Positions 11,645 to 24,611 of a DNA stretch of 64,000 nt are shown piece by piece. Source of the DNA: Asterionella formosa (taxonomy: Eukaryota). Made by a program: the position numbers and the translations under genes. The DNA is taken from positions 1 through 64,000 of the forward strand of contig NKIB01009122.1 of NCBI GenBank assembly GCA_002256025.1, given 5' to 3'. Within the stretch, counting starts at the first letter, position 1; each line of letters opens with the position of its first letter. The notes beneath the pieces were generated by a model. It was not told the DNA's origin and searched no databases. It saw nothing but the letters and a program-made list of their open reading frames with translations.

Positions 11645-14600
11645 AATTTTGGATTTTCGTCAGATATGATTGGCCGTTAAATATATCTATAATTCTTTGG
11701 TGTGTTTTCTACGTTTCCTACGCTATTTCAAATCAGATCTTGGCAGCAAGCTATAGTGCTCATTTGCTGGCTTTTCCCGCTGCTCTAAAATAGCATTGTT
11801 TCTGTAGGTTATTTTATCACAATTATTGTTATTGTTCCATTATCATAAATCGACAATGACAACGAGAACCAGCAGCCATTTCTGGTATGCTAACTGAGCT
11901 ATTTGTTTGAGTGGAGAAGCACCCGCCAGGATGACAACAGGAATCAGTGAAGTGCTCTTGTTGTTTTGATTGGTTCACTCTGGTATACTTTGTTGATTTT
12001 TTGTTCGCTTCCATGCAATTACTGTCATACCAATACTCTAATTCTGTCGTTGTCCCCATTGAAAACCTCAACAATGGCGTAATTTCCTCACATTCAAATA
12101 ATCCCAAAGAGCCAGTATCACATTTATTCTTTCCGGCTGCAGCTGCAATATTTCTATTGCCTCAAATTGATTCCCAAGCTGTGGTATATTCTGTTGATTG
12201 TTGCGTCTTTGGGCTTCTATTTGCCTTCTCTGAAACTCAATTCCTTTTGTAATTTGCTCCTGTGCCTTGTCAAAAAAGAACAAAAGGCGCATTATCGGTT
12301 TCGCTCTTCCAATCAATGCAGAAACTGAATGATTTCCAAGCCAGCATTTAAATAATTATGATCGACATCATTCATGCCAACAACAACTTCCAATGGACCA
12401 TTTGTCTGTAAAAAAACTATCATGAATATAGGATCAAGGGTATTGTACGCTAAGTGGCAAAGGATTTTTACTTATACGATAGTTTTTCGATCAAAAATAT
12501 GATCAATGTATCATATAATTATGATCATGCAGTAAAATTTTACCGAGCTTGAAGTATGATGATACTATCATAGTTATAATACCATTGCATCATATAATTA
12601 GTTAAACATGGTCAAATGATGTGTATACTTTTGCCATGCATCTATCTTAGCATGATCGTAATTCTCATCGATATCACTGTCTAAAATAGGATGAAATGGA
12701 TCGAAACTTAGAACTATATTTAAGAATAGTTTTATGTTGCTCTCTATATCTTGAGTGGCTACAGAATGTTCTACAATTCTCTCATCTTAATGATTGGTGC
12801 TTCAGTTTTCACTTTCACCTTCCCCCCAATCCAATTCTGAAGGTTGTTGTACTGGTTGCCTTGCCGTTGTTCCCCTGCTTTGTTCCATTTACTCCAGACG
12901 GATCTGAGTTTGCATTCACGCATTTTCCTATTACTATTGAATCCGTTTCGTCGTTCCAATCAGCCATACTAACAAAGTGAAGCAATTCATTGTTAGCTGT
13001 TCATGTTTTGCTTACACAACAACATGCATTTCGCTTCTATCTTCACTTACCACAAATTGAGGAAGTAACAGATGCATATTTCTGTAAAATAATGTGAGTG
13101 TCAGTTGAAGATTGAAGAAGAAAGTATCGATCAATAAATGGGTTCCAACACTGGCTGCTGTTTGTAACTTACAAATACTGTTTGTCTACCATTATCTTGA
13201 AAGAAGCAACACATATGTGTCAGTTTTTCTAACAGATGTGGATTGATCCAAAGATGATAGCACTTACCGATTTCTTTTGTCCACATTGATGGTTGGCCAG
13301 CCACCAAATCGAAAAGGAGCCAGAAAGGGGACAAGTCACTCCATATTTATAATCCCAACAATTGATCATCCTGGTATTTGCTCTTGACAAACCGTGATGC
13401 TATGCACAGCTTGTTGATTCCGTCCTTCTCCATCATATTCACTCATTCTTAGCTGCATTGTGTTTCTTTGTGCTGTATTGTCACTTCAGTTTTTCACATC
13501 ATGTGTTGCTTGAGATCCTTCATTTCAGGAATTGGATGCATGACAAGGAACATGAAAGGCATTTGATCTTGACTTCTTGCCATCAATTGATTCCGCCCTT
13601 CTCTTCTAAGCCGCAAGTATCATTGTGCTGTATTATCACTTTCGTTTTTCGCGTCATCATGTGTGATAATCCTTCATTTCAGGAGCAAAGTGTATGCGTG
13701 ACAAGGAACATGAAAACAAGATTTCAAATGTTTCAGCCATGAATAGGTACATATATATAAAGATTTGTCAGAAGTTTAAATGTATATATAGTTGAACATT
13801 TGCATAGTTTTAAACACGATCATTATACAGCACTTCCTGTGTATAGTAATATCAATTTTGATTATACATAGTTCAAATATATACAATGCATGATGAGTTC
13901 ATAGTTTTCCACGACCTGTTGAATTTTTTCAATTTGTTTTGTGTCAATTCTTGTACCTACAAGTCAGTGGCTGATTTAATAAAGCCCCCTAATAAACGTG
14001 TCATCACCAATTTTTCAAATGGTCGAAATCATACATTTATGTATATAGACATATTGACCAAAATTTATATGGCCTACCGGTAGTACTGTATACTTGCTGG
14101 GAATTACTTCTATCATGGAAATGCCACAATAGTGCAGCGGAAAACTGAATATGCTCATTTTTTTAGGATCATTTGATCATATTTTTAAGATCAATTAATC
14201 CTGATTCTTGAAAATAAGTTTTGATCTTTCATTTTCTCATCAACGACACCGTTTATCATATGATCAATATGTTATGATCAAAGTTATAGGATAAACAAAT
14301 CTAAATTTATTGATTAAAGATCATAGTTTATACCGGAGTAGTTCGTCTTGCTCATGCATGCAACCCCTTCCCCCCTGTATACAGTATGGAATTGATAAAC
14401 CCCAAGCTACCAAATTCTTATGTCTTGTGAGAATTATTGCAGCATGCATTCATACATGACTCCTACTGGTATATACAATGAGGAAATGATGACCACCATA
14501 CTACTAATCCTATAGGTCCTGTAGAATTATCGAAACATGGCTGCATATATAATGAAAGGGCGGGAGGAGTCATCCATACTGCACCTGTATAGTATGAAAT

Positions 14601-16316
14601 ATGGAAATGATCAAATATAGCTAGTCTACACAAGGAGCAGTGCATCATATATGCTCAGTTATTTCCTGTCTTTTGTGCACCCTCGTTGTGTTTGTACTTG
14701 ACTTGGCAACTGTCAGCCAAGAGCAGCCATGGTATGCCTCCATTTATTGTCTAGTATACGAGTTTCGAATGCGTTCAGCTATGATAACTTTTGCTGCCCC
14801 CTCCTCAACACTATCTCACCACCCTTGTCATAGATTTTTCTTTATCCTTTGGCTTCACAGGCACAGGTTACTCAATGCCTTCATCTGCAAGTTCAGCCAA
14901 GCACGCCCACGTTGGCGTCAAGAAAACCTCAACCCCGACTTTCCTCACATGCTCCACCCATTGACTTCTTCATTGATGAATTCGAGGTAGATATATTGAT
15001 GTCAGGCGGCGCAGGCTTGTGTATAGATTGATGATGCCGAAAGCATTGCTTCCTTTTCCCGTAGGTACCTATTTTTCAACATTGTTTGGGTCAATCCATT
15101 CTTGTTCCCGCAAGACCAGAAGCAATTATCCCTTTACAACTCCTCCCAAGAACCTTCATTTCTCTTTCACAATTGTCCTGATATTTGCAGAGCATTTTTA
15201 GTTCCCTTTTGATTTTTCTACTGGTTTCGATCACTTTTGCATTCAAGTCAAGAAAGAAGCAACTCATTGAGATTTCTGGAGGTTTTGGGCAGTGGCACCA
15301 TACAGCAACAATCAACAGATCATGGCGGCTGTTCTCCATTCTCTGCAGCAAGTGACATTCAAGAAAGGTCTGGGATCATTGGGGAGAAAAATTAGTAGGA
15401 TTCTCTGCGTTTGCCCCCGCCCATTTGGCATTCTACCACTGCTTCCTCTCACCACTCAATACCAGCTAGTTTAGCTAATGAAAACCGTAATTAGATGAAA
15501 TGTGACTTCCGGTTTCTAATATTTTACATTGTTGCACTACTGAAACTTGAATCCATAAATGGGCTTTCAACTTGTGCTTCTTGCATTTTTGCAGTATAGA
15601 CTGGCTCACTGGTGGTCGATAGGCCAAAGTGTCTCGCTTTTCATGAAAATCTTCAAAGTACTAGTGCTTTTGTCGAGGTTTGTGTCTAAATCCAACTGCT
15701 ACCATCCATTGAAATATTCCAGATACATCAAAGAATACGCTCCTGTCGTCAAAGGGAAGGAACTACGGTAGTACGATGACAAAGAAAATCTTATCAGACA
15801 TGAAAATTATAAAACCAGAATCACAGTGTTACTATAAATAGACAGTCTCATGCTTCTTTGTGCAAATCGCCTACCATGCTGCGTTTCAATTCTAGATGTA
15901 TAACGTTCTTGTTAGAGAGACGATGTTACTACAGAGAAGTAGATTGTGCTGTTCTATAATGGATGCTGTTTAGCTATGATTGAGGTTGTAATATGGATTG
16001 ATGCTCTGGTGACAGACCGGAAATATTCGTCTTGTGTGATCATGAGCCATTTCGTTTTCATTGGATTTCTTTTCAAGCTCTTAACGGATTGCATACAAAC
16101 ACGATACTGTGCAATGTAGATGATGATTCATCGAAGACATATGATGACTTGAATGACAAATGAAGATTTTATCACAAACACTCGTTCCTCTCGACATGGC
16201 TGCTTTGTCGTTGTTGCAAGAATCAGAGTGAGGACTGGCAAGGATGATGAGCCAAACCACATTACTTTAACTGGTACATTATCTTACCAAGAAATTTAAA
16301 TGAAGGAACCAAAAAG

Positions 16317-16478
16317 GAACAATACATATAATAATTAAATTTCCATAGTCAAAAGGTTTACTATTTAAATTACAAGGGCATTTATCAAAATTATTAGATG
16401 ACATAACGAAAAATTATGATCAGATGATCATAATCATATGATGCATCATAGGAATATGATGGTTTTTATTTGCAGACG
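16317..16478 (-). repeat. Right arm of the inverted repeat paired with 887-1050
   Basis: Ends ...atgatgcatcataggaatatgatggtttttatttgcagacg, the reverse complement of the 887 terminus. Confidence 0.85.
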
Positions 16479-17587
16479 TTCTTTAATGCCACACCCCACC
16501 CAATGCAAGTGAGGAGGCATCTCAGCTTATTATTTCTGGATTGAACCCTACAGTTGAAAGTGACTCTGTCACTGCATACTAGAACATTTCTAACCATGAT
16601 ATTGATTGTGATCTCGCTTTTCTTAAAAATCCAGCCATCCAGTTCATCCTTCTCATCCTCCTTTACAAAATGCTAGCTAACAGCACAATACACCAACACC
16701 GCCAAAGTTTACAATCACACGGATGCTCCTCCACAACCACCACACCAAGCAAGTCACAATTCCTCCAGCACCATCTCCTCCAAAGCCAATTTAATAAGCA
16801 GTTGCTGCATCTCTAGGCCTGCTTGAACATTTCATTTATTTTGCTTGGACAACATGAAGAAAGTGTAAGTTCACAATTGTTAATGAACATACATTGACAT
16901 TTTTTCCAAGACTTTCAGCTAACTCATTTTCTTTTTCATTATTTATTCTGCTACTTGCTCGTCATTGTCACTGCTTAGCTTTTGTTTTCCGATTCATGAT
17001 TTGGTTGCTTCAAAACATCATGTCGAATTTTTCAATGCTTGTTAAAACCTCGCTTGTGTCATCTTTTTTCATGCTGTGTCATCTTTTTTCATGCATACCT
17101 GTATACCGTTATTCAGTGGGAGATGCATGTTTGATGTGGTATCGATTTCTAAACTTAGTTCCCATGAAAATTCTCTTCCTGGTGTTGCTGGATGGTCCCT
17201 CCTTAAACCTACAATTGGATTTCCGAAAAGTCCACTGTGCCCATATATTGCCCCTCAATAAATTACTTAGATACCAGAAATTGCTTAGAAACCACAGTTC
17301 TCATCGAAAAGCACGACGATGGCATGTATGGTGGCGATTCCAGTACCTGGTACTGACTCGTGCTCCTAATACTGGTACCGTAGTTTGCTGACGTACAGTC
17401 TATAGGAGCGAGCATAAGACGAAGAGAGCACACCGGTAATTAATAGCTATAGTGGTGCGTAGGAGCGAACACATCCTCACCAGCCAACATTGATTAAGAG
17501 AACAACAATAATAACCGAGTGATGTAAGTGATATAATTTCTTGTGGCAACAACTTCAATATTTAACTGTCAATTGTTGAAAGGTGCC

Positions 17588-20289
17588 ATGGAATACATTG
17601 CAATAGCAGCCCTTCTGCTAACTTACTACACTGGATCAACCGATGGCTTTGCATATGCCCCAAACTTCATTACGAAGATAATCAAGGATGAAACTAACAT
17701 TGAGCCCGTCGGATTGCTCGTGCCTTCAGAAAATGGGGCCACTCAACTTTCGAAAGAAACGGTACAAGCTACTCAAAAGGTGACCACCCGTTTTCCTCCA
17801 GAACCCAACGGATACCTCCATTTGGGTCATGCGAAGGCAGTCAGCTTCAATTTTGCTGTAGCTCGCATGTTTGGTGGAGACTGCCACATGCGACTGGACG
17901 ACACCAATCCCTCAAAGGAAGACGAAGAATACGTTACAAGCATTCTGGAAGATGTGCAGTGGATTCAAAGTGGGCTGGGAGAGCCAGGAAAGAAACCTTG
18001 GAGTGGCAGTGTCAGAAAGACGAGTGATTACTTTGAACAAATCTATGAGTGTGCCGTTTCCTTAATCAAGTCAGGTGACGCCTTTGTTGATTCCCTGAGT
18101 GCCGATGAAATGAGAGAATATCGTGGTACTTTGACAGAACCTGGAAAAGACAGTCCGTATCGAACAAGGAGTGTCGAAAAAAACCTTGAACTATTTGAAG
18201 GGGTGAGTGCTTCTTCCTCTGATAGCTGATTCGTGCCGTGTCACTGAATGATAGCCAATCTCACTTTGAATTTCCCCCAAATCACAGATGCGCAAGGGGA
18301 AATTCGCTGAAGGAACTCACATCTTGCGTGCCAAGATTGATATGGCATCGCCTAATATTAACATGAGAGATCCTACCCTGTTTCGAATCAAGCACGAGTC
18401 CCATCAGGCGACAGGGGATACATGGTGTATTTATCCCATGTATGACTTCTCACATCCCATTTCCGATTCTTTAGAAGGAATCTCGTATTCTCTTTGCACT
18501 CTTGAGTTTGAAGATCACCGGCCGTTTTATGACTGGACAGTGGACAAATTAAAAGACAATGGAATGCTAGAGTGCAAACCACAGCAAATCGAGTTTAGTC
18601 GGTTGAACGTTAAGTGAGTGCTGTTGAATGACGACTATTGACTGTTTCGAAGCTATTTGGTAGAATGCAATTGATCACTCACTCACCTCCTTTTCATGAA
18701 GAAATACAGTTTTATCCAAAAGAAAGCTCATTCAACTAGTTCATCAAAACCATGTCAGCGGTTGGGATGATCCTCGAATGCCAACGCTGTCGGGCATACG
18801 TCGACGAGGTGTGCCCCCTGCTGCGTTGCGCCTCTTTTGTGAACGCGTCGGTATCAGTAAGGCTGATTCCAACATTGACTATGTTGTATTGGAGGACTGC
18901 ATTCGTGAAGAAATGGACAAAGTCTGCGTTAGGGCTTTTTGCGTACTGGATCCATTGAAGATTACATTGACAAATTGGGGTGGATCAGCGATTGAAGACC
19001 TTGAGATAGCACGTCATCCGAAAATGGAGGAGCTTGGAAACCGTGTCGTGCCGTTTGGAAAGCACCTCTTTATTGAACGTTCAGATTTCTTTGATTTGGA
19101 AGGACCAGAAGGATCTAAAACTGAGGGTTCGGTTCCCAAAGACTTCAAGCGATTGTTGTTGGGTGGCATGGTTAGACTTAAGTTTGCATATGTTGTTAGT
19201 TGCGATGAAATTGTCAGAGACCCCGAAACTCAGGAACCGGTTGAGTTGAAGTGCACTGTGTACCCTGAGACTCGAAATGGTGTGACACCAGACGGCATGC
19301 AAAAAGTCAAAGGGATTATCCATTGGGTGGAAGCATCAACTGGAATTAAATGTCAAGTTAATCAATATGATAGACTCTTTTTGACGGAAGAACCAGGTAA
19401 AGATTCAGATGACTTCATCAATGATATCAACCCTGACTCGTTTAAGGCCATAACGAACGTCATCGTTGAGCCAAGTGTTGCAATAGATTCATTGGCTACA
19501 ATGGCGGAAATTCGCCGTGCTGCAGAGGGCGAAAAGATATATGCTTCATCTCTTGCCTATCAATTTGAACGATCAGGATACTTCGCCCTTGACCAGGACT
19601 CCACAGGAATTGATAACTTGATCTTCAATCGAGTTGTGACTCTCCGCGATGCATGGGGAACATCGCAACAACATGTTAGAAGTGAAGAACAACGAAACCG
19701 AGGAGGAGGCCACGTTCAAAAAGATCCATCAGACAATGAAACACTTGAAGACATTAGAAGAGTCGCACTCAAGGCTGCGACGATATTAAATGCTGGTCCT
19801 CACCCTGAAGCGGACAATTTGCTGATCTGTAAGGTAGATTGTGGAGATGTGACTACAACAGGAGAAGCTGCTGAGCCTCGAACAGTTGTTGCAGGGCTCG
19901 CTGGCAAGATTCCCTCAAGTGAATTAATTGGCAAGAAGGTTGTTGTCATTACTAATCTAAAGCCCGCCAAAATGCGAGGTGTTGATTCCATGGCAATGCT
20001 CTTGGCCGCTTCAGGTGGCAAAGAGGGTGACGAAAAAGTGGAATTGCTTTCTCTCCCCGACTCTGTTCCTAATGGGGAGTTAGTTTCTTTTGAGGGGATA
20101 GGGACTGCTAAACCTGACGACATGCTGAAATCCAAAGGAGCTCTCAGAGTTTGGGATAGAGTCAAGGCCAGTTTAAAGTCAAATGCTATTGGAGAAGCAA
20201 CTTATCTGCAAGGTGACACTTCACATCGTATGATGACATCTGGAGGCCCAGTGATGACTGCCACGCTTACCAATGCCCCTATCCAATAA
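17588..20289 (+). CDS. glnS: Glutaminyl-tRNA synthetase (bacterial-type, probably organelle-targeted) with C-terminal tRNA-binding OB-fold. Exons 17588-18202, 18288-18613, 18702-20289
   Basis: [14 protein letters not shown] (HIGH), [22 protein letters not shown], spliced [42 protein letters not shown] introns 18203-18287 and 18614-18701 restore the frame. C-terminal HPEADNL...RTVVAGL...[20 protein letters not shown] is Trbp111/EMAPII-like. Confidence 0.95.
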
Positions 20290-20941
20290 CACTAGTCACT
20301 TGATTTTATCCGATGTTGGCTTTATAACTAGCACTGTCACCTTGATTCTCTTCTTCGTTCAAGATTCTAGCCAGATGCTCTGTGCCTAGATACTTACAAT
20401 TGTCCATTCTCGTACCTCCCCTCAAACGCTGCCACTAGCTTAAGAGTCAGCAAGAATCATAGCTACGATAGAATAATCGCAGCTATATGAATTTAGGAGT
20501 CTGGAGTGCTACAGGAGATGAATTATTTACTCTCCGTGATCTGGTAAATGCGCACTATATGTTTATCAGTCGTTGCACTCCATGACAATATAATTTGAGG
20601 TGATTTCCCCTTATTGATGGTCCTGCCCTGATACCATCATACTTAAGGGGATTGGATGTCGTTTTTGGACTGTAAATTAATTCTGAAAGAGCATCGCTAT
20701 CTGTACTAAACTGTATAACAGAAAATCTCGGAAAAGCATATTGAAACGAAGCGCAAGTACGTGCTACTTCTTTTTATGTGTTTTGAGACCAATGCATCAC
20801 CGCATCCTGGGAGAAAGGTACGCTAATTTCGGATAAGAAAAGAAGGATATGATTCGAAAGGAGGTGAGAAACTACGGAAAACGAATTTTTTGATTTCTAA
20901 ATAAAATATTTTAGCATGAAAGTGCGGTAAATACATTTGGC

Positions 20942-22423
20942 TTACGCCGCTGTCGCTTGCCGCACAGAAATAGGCTGCTGGTCTGCCACCTCTAGATTTC
21001 CCAGAAAATTGGGTCGGATACTCCGTATATTCATTGTTATCTTGGAAAGCTGCTTCGACAGGAGGCGATGGCTGGGAATAGCTACACAGTCACTGTTGAA
21101 AATATTTGTAGATCGGGGAATAACATCCTCAAGCCCAGCCTCATTCCCATCACGAAGCGCGGATATTTCTCGCTTCAGAATCTCGGATATCACATCCATT
21201 GATGGTCGAAGTAATGGATTAGGGTCCCAAGACCGCTTCAGAAGAATCTTGATTTGAGTGCTCCAGCTTCGGTTGAGCTCAGGTCGCTCTGAGCCTTTAA
21301 CAACATTTGTTAAGTGATCACAACGGTTCATACCATCGTATGGCACTTCTAGGCTGCACAAATGCCACAAGACTAAGTCGAAGGAGTAAACGTCGGCTGT
21401 TAAGTTATATGGTTCCGAGAGGGCAACCTCTGGAGCCATGTATCGTAGGCTTCCAGTGTTTCCTGACATTTCATAGAAGTCCGAACATCCAGATTTCATG
21501 TTATCATCAAGTTCCTTGGCAAGTCCAAAATCAAATAGCTTTACGTCTCCATGGATGTCAAAGCCAATGTTTTCTGGTTTTAGATCTCGATCTGTAAAGG
21601 AAACACGAAGAAGGAGGCTGGTTAGTTGCAATTTCATGTTAACTGACACATTATTATAAAGCGACAATGAAAACTCACAAATGATCTTGTTTTCGTGAAG
21701 GTATCGGAGAGCACAAGCCACATTAAAGGCAATGTGTAGTCTATTTGCTAAGAATGCAGAATCCCTTTTGCCTCCACGATCGAAAAGCTTGAGCGGAAAG
21801 TTATGTTCTAATTTCAAGGACTGCTCTTTCCACTCCTTCAAGCGATCAGCCAAAGTTGACATCAATCCGTCCAAAATCAAGAAATACCCCATGGCTTTGC
21901 AGGAAGCAAATCCAGATGTTCCGGCGGCGGCCATGCCTCTTAGCTTAATAATATTAGGATGGTCCAAGCTGGCAAGGAACTTGGCCTCAATGACCAAATC
22001 GGCAGCGCCTGTGCGAAATCGCTCAGGATCATCGATAGTTTCTTGAGAAAGGAGCTTAATGGCATATCTCCGTTCTCCAGAAGATCCTCGATGAGCGTTT
22101 TGAGACAGAAAGTTTCGATGCAACTGCTGTGTTTCCGAGCAAATTTTGCGAGCGTGTTCAGACGTGAGGGGCAGTTTCACAAGGTTGACGGCCTCCAACG
22201 CGAAAACGTCGTTGAAGCCTCCGCTTCCCAGTAGCTCACCAACCACGACTTCCTCGCAAAGAAGCCTTGGAATCTGCTTCTCCATCACTGGATTGACAAT
22301 CTTTGAATGCTTCGTCATGCTCCTGGCCGCTCGGCTAGCTGACTTCCATGCTTTCAGACCGACTAGGGAATATTCAGGTTGGTCATGAAATATGTTGGTG
22401 GACTCATTCTCGTTTAAGCTCAT
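20942..22423 (-). CDS. Ser/Thr protein kinase (TKL-like, diatom-expanded type). Exons 22423-21679, 21591-20942
   Basis: GSGGFNDV, YAIK, HPNIIKL, DLKPENIGF, DFGLAKE, GSLRYMAPE, DVYSF. Removing the 87-nt GTGAGT..ACAG intron 21592-21678 gives IIYRDLKPEN. Confidence 0.92.
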   Translation of the reverse strand: MSLNENESTNIFHDQPEYSLVGLKAWKSASRAARSMTKHSKIVNPVMEKQIPRLLCEEVVVGELLGSGGFNDVFALEAVNLVKLPLTSEHARKICSETQQLHRNFLSQNAHRGSSGERRYAIKLLSQETIDDPERFRTGAADLVIEAKFLASLDHPNIIKLRGMAAAGTSGFASCKAMGYFLILDGLMSTLADRLKEWKEQSLKLEHNFPLKLFDRGGKRDSAFLANRLHIAFNVACALRYLHENKIICEFSLSLYNNVSVNMKLQLTSLLLRVSFTDRDLKPENIGFDIHGDVKLFDFGLAKELDDNMKSGCSDFYEMSGNTGSLRYMAPEVALSEPYNLTADVYSFDLVLWHLCSLEVPYDGMNRCDHLTNVVKGSERPELNRSWSTQIKILLKRSWDPNPLLRPSMDVISEILKREISALRDGNEAGLEDVIPRSTNIFNSDCVAIPSHRLLSKQLSKITMNIRSIRPNFLGNLEVADQQPISVRQATAA

Positions 22424-23895
22424 TTGCAAGAAGAGACGTAAACGGTCGCAACCGTGGGAGAAGAGGAGAAGGGGATGAAGAAACCTAACGATGCAGGCCT
22501 TGAAGGGGACAACACTTGAGGTCGTCCTTTATATCTAGTAGAGTATGCTCTTTGTTTTTATGAACTGTGACTTTTTATATGATCAACACGACATCAACAA
22601 AAATCCGTAACTCTATGGACTCAATGATCAGAACATAAAACAACTTACAAAGTAGAAGTACTGGTACATCTGTACTCCACAAGAACCTTACATATTATTA
22701 TGTATGGTAGGTTATTAAAAAGGACTCGTTTTGCCTCACTATCTGTTCAACCGGGATCGATTTGTGCCATGGAAAACCGCTTCTCAGTTCTGAATTTATA
22801 ACCAGACATGAACATATTCATAGACCTAAGAGCGACAGATACCAGACAGTATCGGCGATCTCGAATGACCCATTCCCGGACAATGATAGCACTTCGACAG
22901 TAATTTGACAGGAAAACAACTTAAAATCATTGGCTTCGCTAACTTGAAGGTCGTTCTTGGGTTTTTTCAATCATGGTTTGTTGGCTTGTATGCATTCCTG
23001 TTGGGTGTCAGAAAAAGCAGTCTTTAAGAGACGGAGGTCTATATAGTACCTGTACTTGGAAAGGGTATGTTCTACGTGGAGTCCATACCCGGTATTTCAA
23101 AATAAATGATTGTGGGACTGTATATTGAATATTGCAGGCAAGAACATTGCCCCATTCTGAGTCTGCATTCGACTGGTCTACCGTCGGATTACTCACATAT
23201 ACTGCATACTGTTCTCCGATGAATTGAGTACTGGTAGTAACTGATGATACCCCGGACACCATCGGTACAGTAGCAGGTACAGCGCCAAGTTCAACAAGAT
23301 TCTTCGAATGACCTAACCCTTGGTTTTGGTTTTACACGACTTTCGATATGATGCGGGTCTATCAAACAAAATCGTTGTTTCCTTGTTGTTCCTTGACACG
23401 TCGCTAACAGCCAATAGAAATCATTCCCTTTAGTAGTCGATATTTCACGACATGCAGGTTTTGTCAGACCTGCATAATTGGGAGTGAATTGCTACGACGT
23501 ACCACATACATACACACGCAACCTTTAGTGCTTCAAACGTTTGTAGAAGAAAAGGGCAATGCTAGACAGTCAATGTTAATATTCCTGCATTTGAACCCCT
23601 AGGCAAAAATTAAAATATTGCTTAGGGTTGCCGAAATTCCCTGGAACAAAGAATTTTTATGAGTTAATTTTGAATGACATGATTCCATTTGAAATATTTG
23701 AATCACTGGAAATTTGTGCGTACATACATAGATTCCTTTTCAAATTCATTAAATATATACATAAACATTCTCCATTGCTCAATGTTTATATACCCTATCA
23801 TACAATCAACATATATGTGTCAGATGAGCTGGCAGCATGGCAAATATTGTTGATGACTACTGGTACTAAGAAACAAAGAAAAGCAACAATCAACC

Positions 23896-24353
23896 ATGAG
23901 CGAAATTACACATCAAAATGGTGACAATGGTAATGACGAATTTAACTACAGTCATGATAGTTGTCCTACCTGCCAAGACCGGTTGATTGTAGAGTCATAT
24001 GTGGAGGGATGTGAGGATCGCATCTTTTGCAAATGTTGCGATTTTTGCTGCCCTGAATGTCAGTGCCAATGGGATGAAGTCGAAGAGTTGGTGGAGAAGT
24101 TTCTGGAAGGTGAATCCATTCTTACCAGGTTGAAGGATGAAGACATTATGGCATCAAGAGCCCGCAATCTTCTGTACAAGTTTCTAATCATGTTTTCAGT
24201 GGTCCATTGGGAAAAGGTGTTCGGATGCAACTTCCTGACTGTTGTTTGAAGGGGGTTCGATCTCTTTTGAAGAACAAGGACCCAAACAAAGTGTACACTG
24301 GTTTTAAACCAACTTCCAAACATTCTAAATGTTCTAAATCTATTAGTGATTAG
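23896..24353 (+). pseudogene. KolX / P2X7 C-terminal (ballast)-like Cys-rich ORF with one frameshift near 24200
   Basis: CPTC...CKCCDFCCPECQC...RARNLLYKF, then from 24201 in a shifted frame GPLGKGVRMQLPDCCLKGVRSLL...VYTGFK, matching the G.LG.G.R..LP.C....R...Y.GF signature. Confidence 0.75.
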
Positions 24354-24611
24354 TGTTTTTACGATTTTCATTTATTTCATTAGTAAATCAAGAACTTCAA
24401 TCCACCTACGTATGATGTTTCAAAACCTTCTAGAAATGAGGTGGCATGAATGACAAATATATTTTTATTTTTACACAATCTAACGAATCAACCAGCCATA
24501 AAAAACAGCAACACCAACTATCATAAGAAAAAATCATGCCACGTTCCAGTGGTAGCTGTCTCATTTCCGAGATTGGTGTTGGTGGTCAAGGAGGACAAAA
24601 TATAGCGTCCG

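Noticed and set aside
16894..17391. 165-aa hydrophobic ORF upstream of glnS
   Set aside because: TTG start, T-rich low-complexity composition, no domain; likely non-coding or TE-derived
24174..24199. Tiny intron explaining the KolX frame change
   Set aside because: GT..AG spans only 26 nt and would delete the conserved-looking YKF; a decay frameshift is more likely
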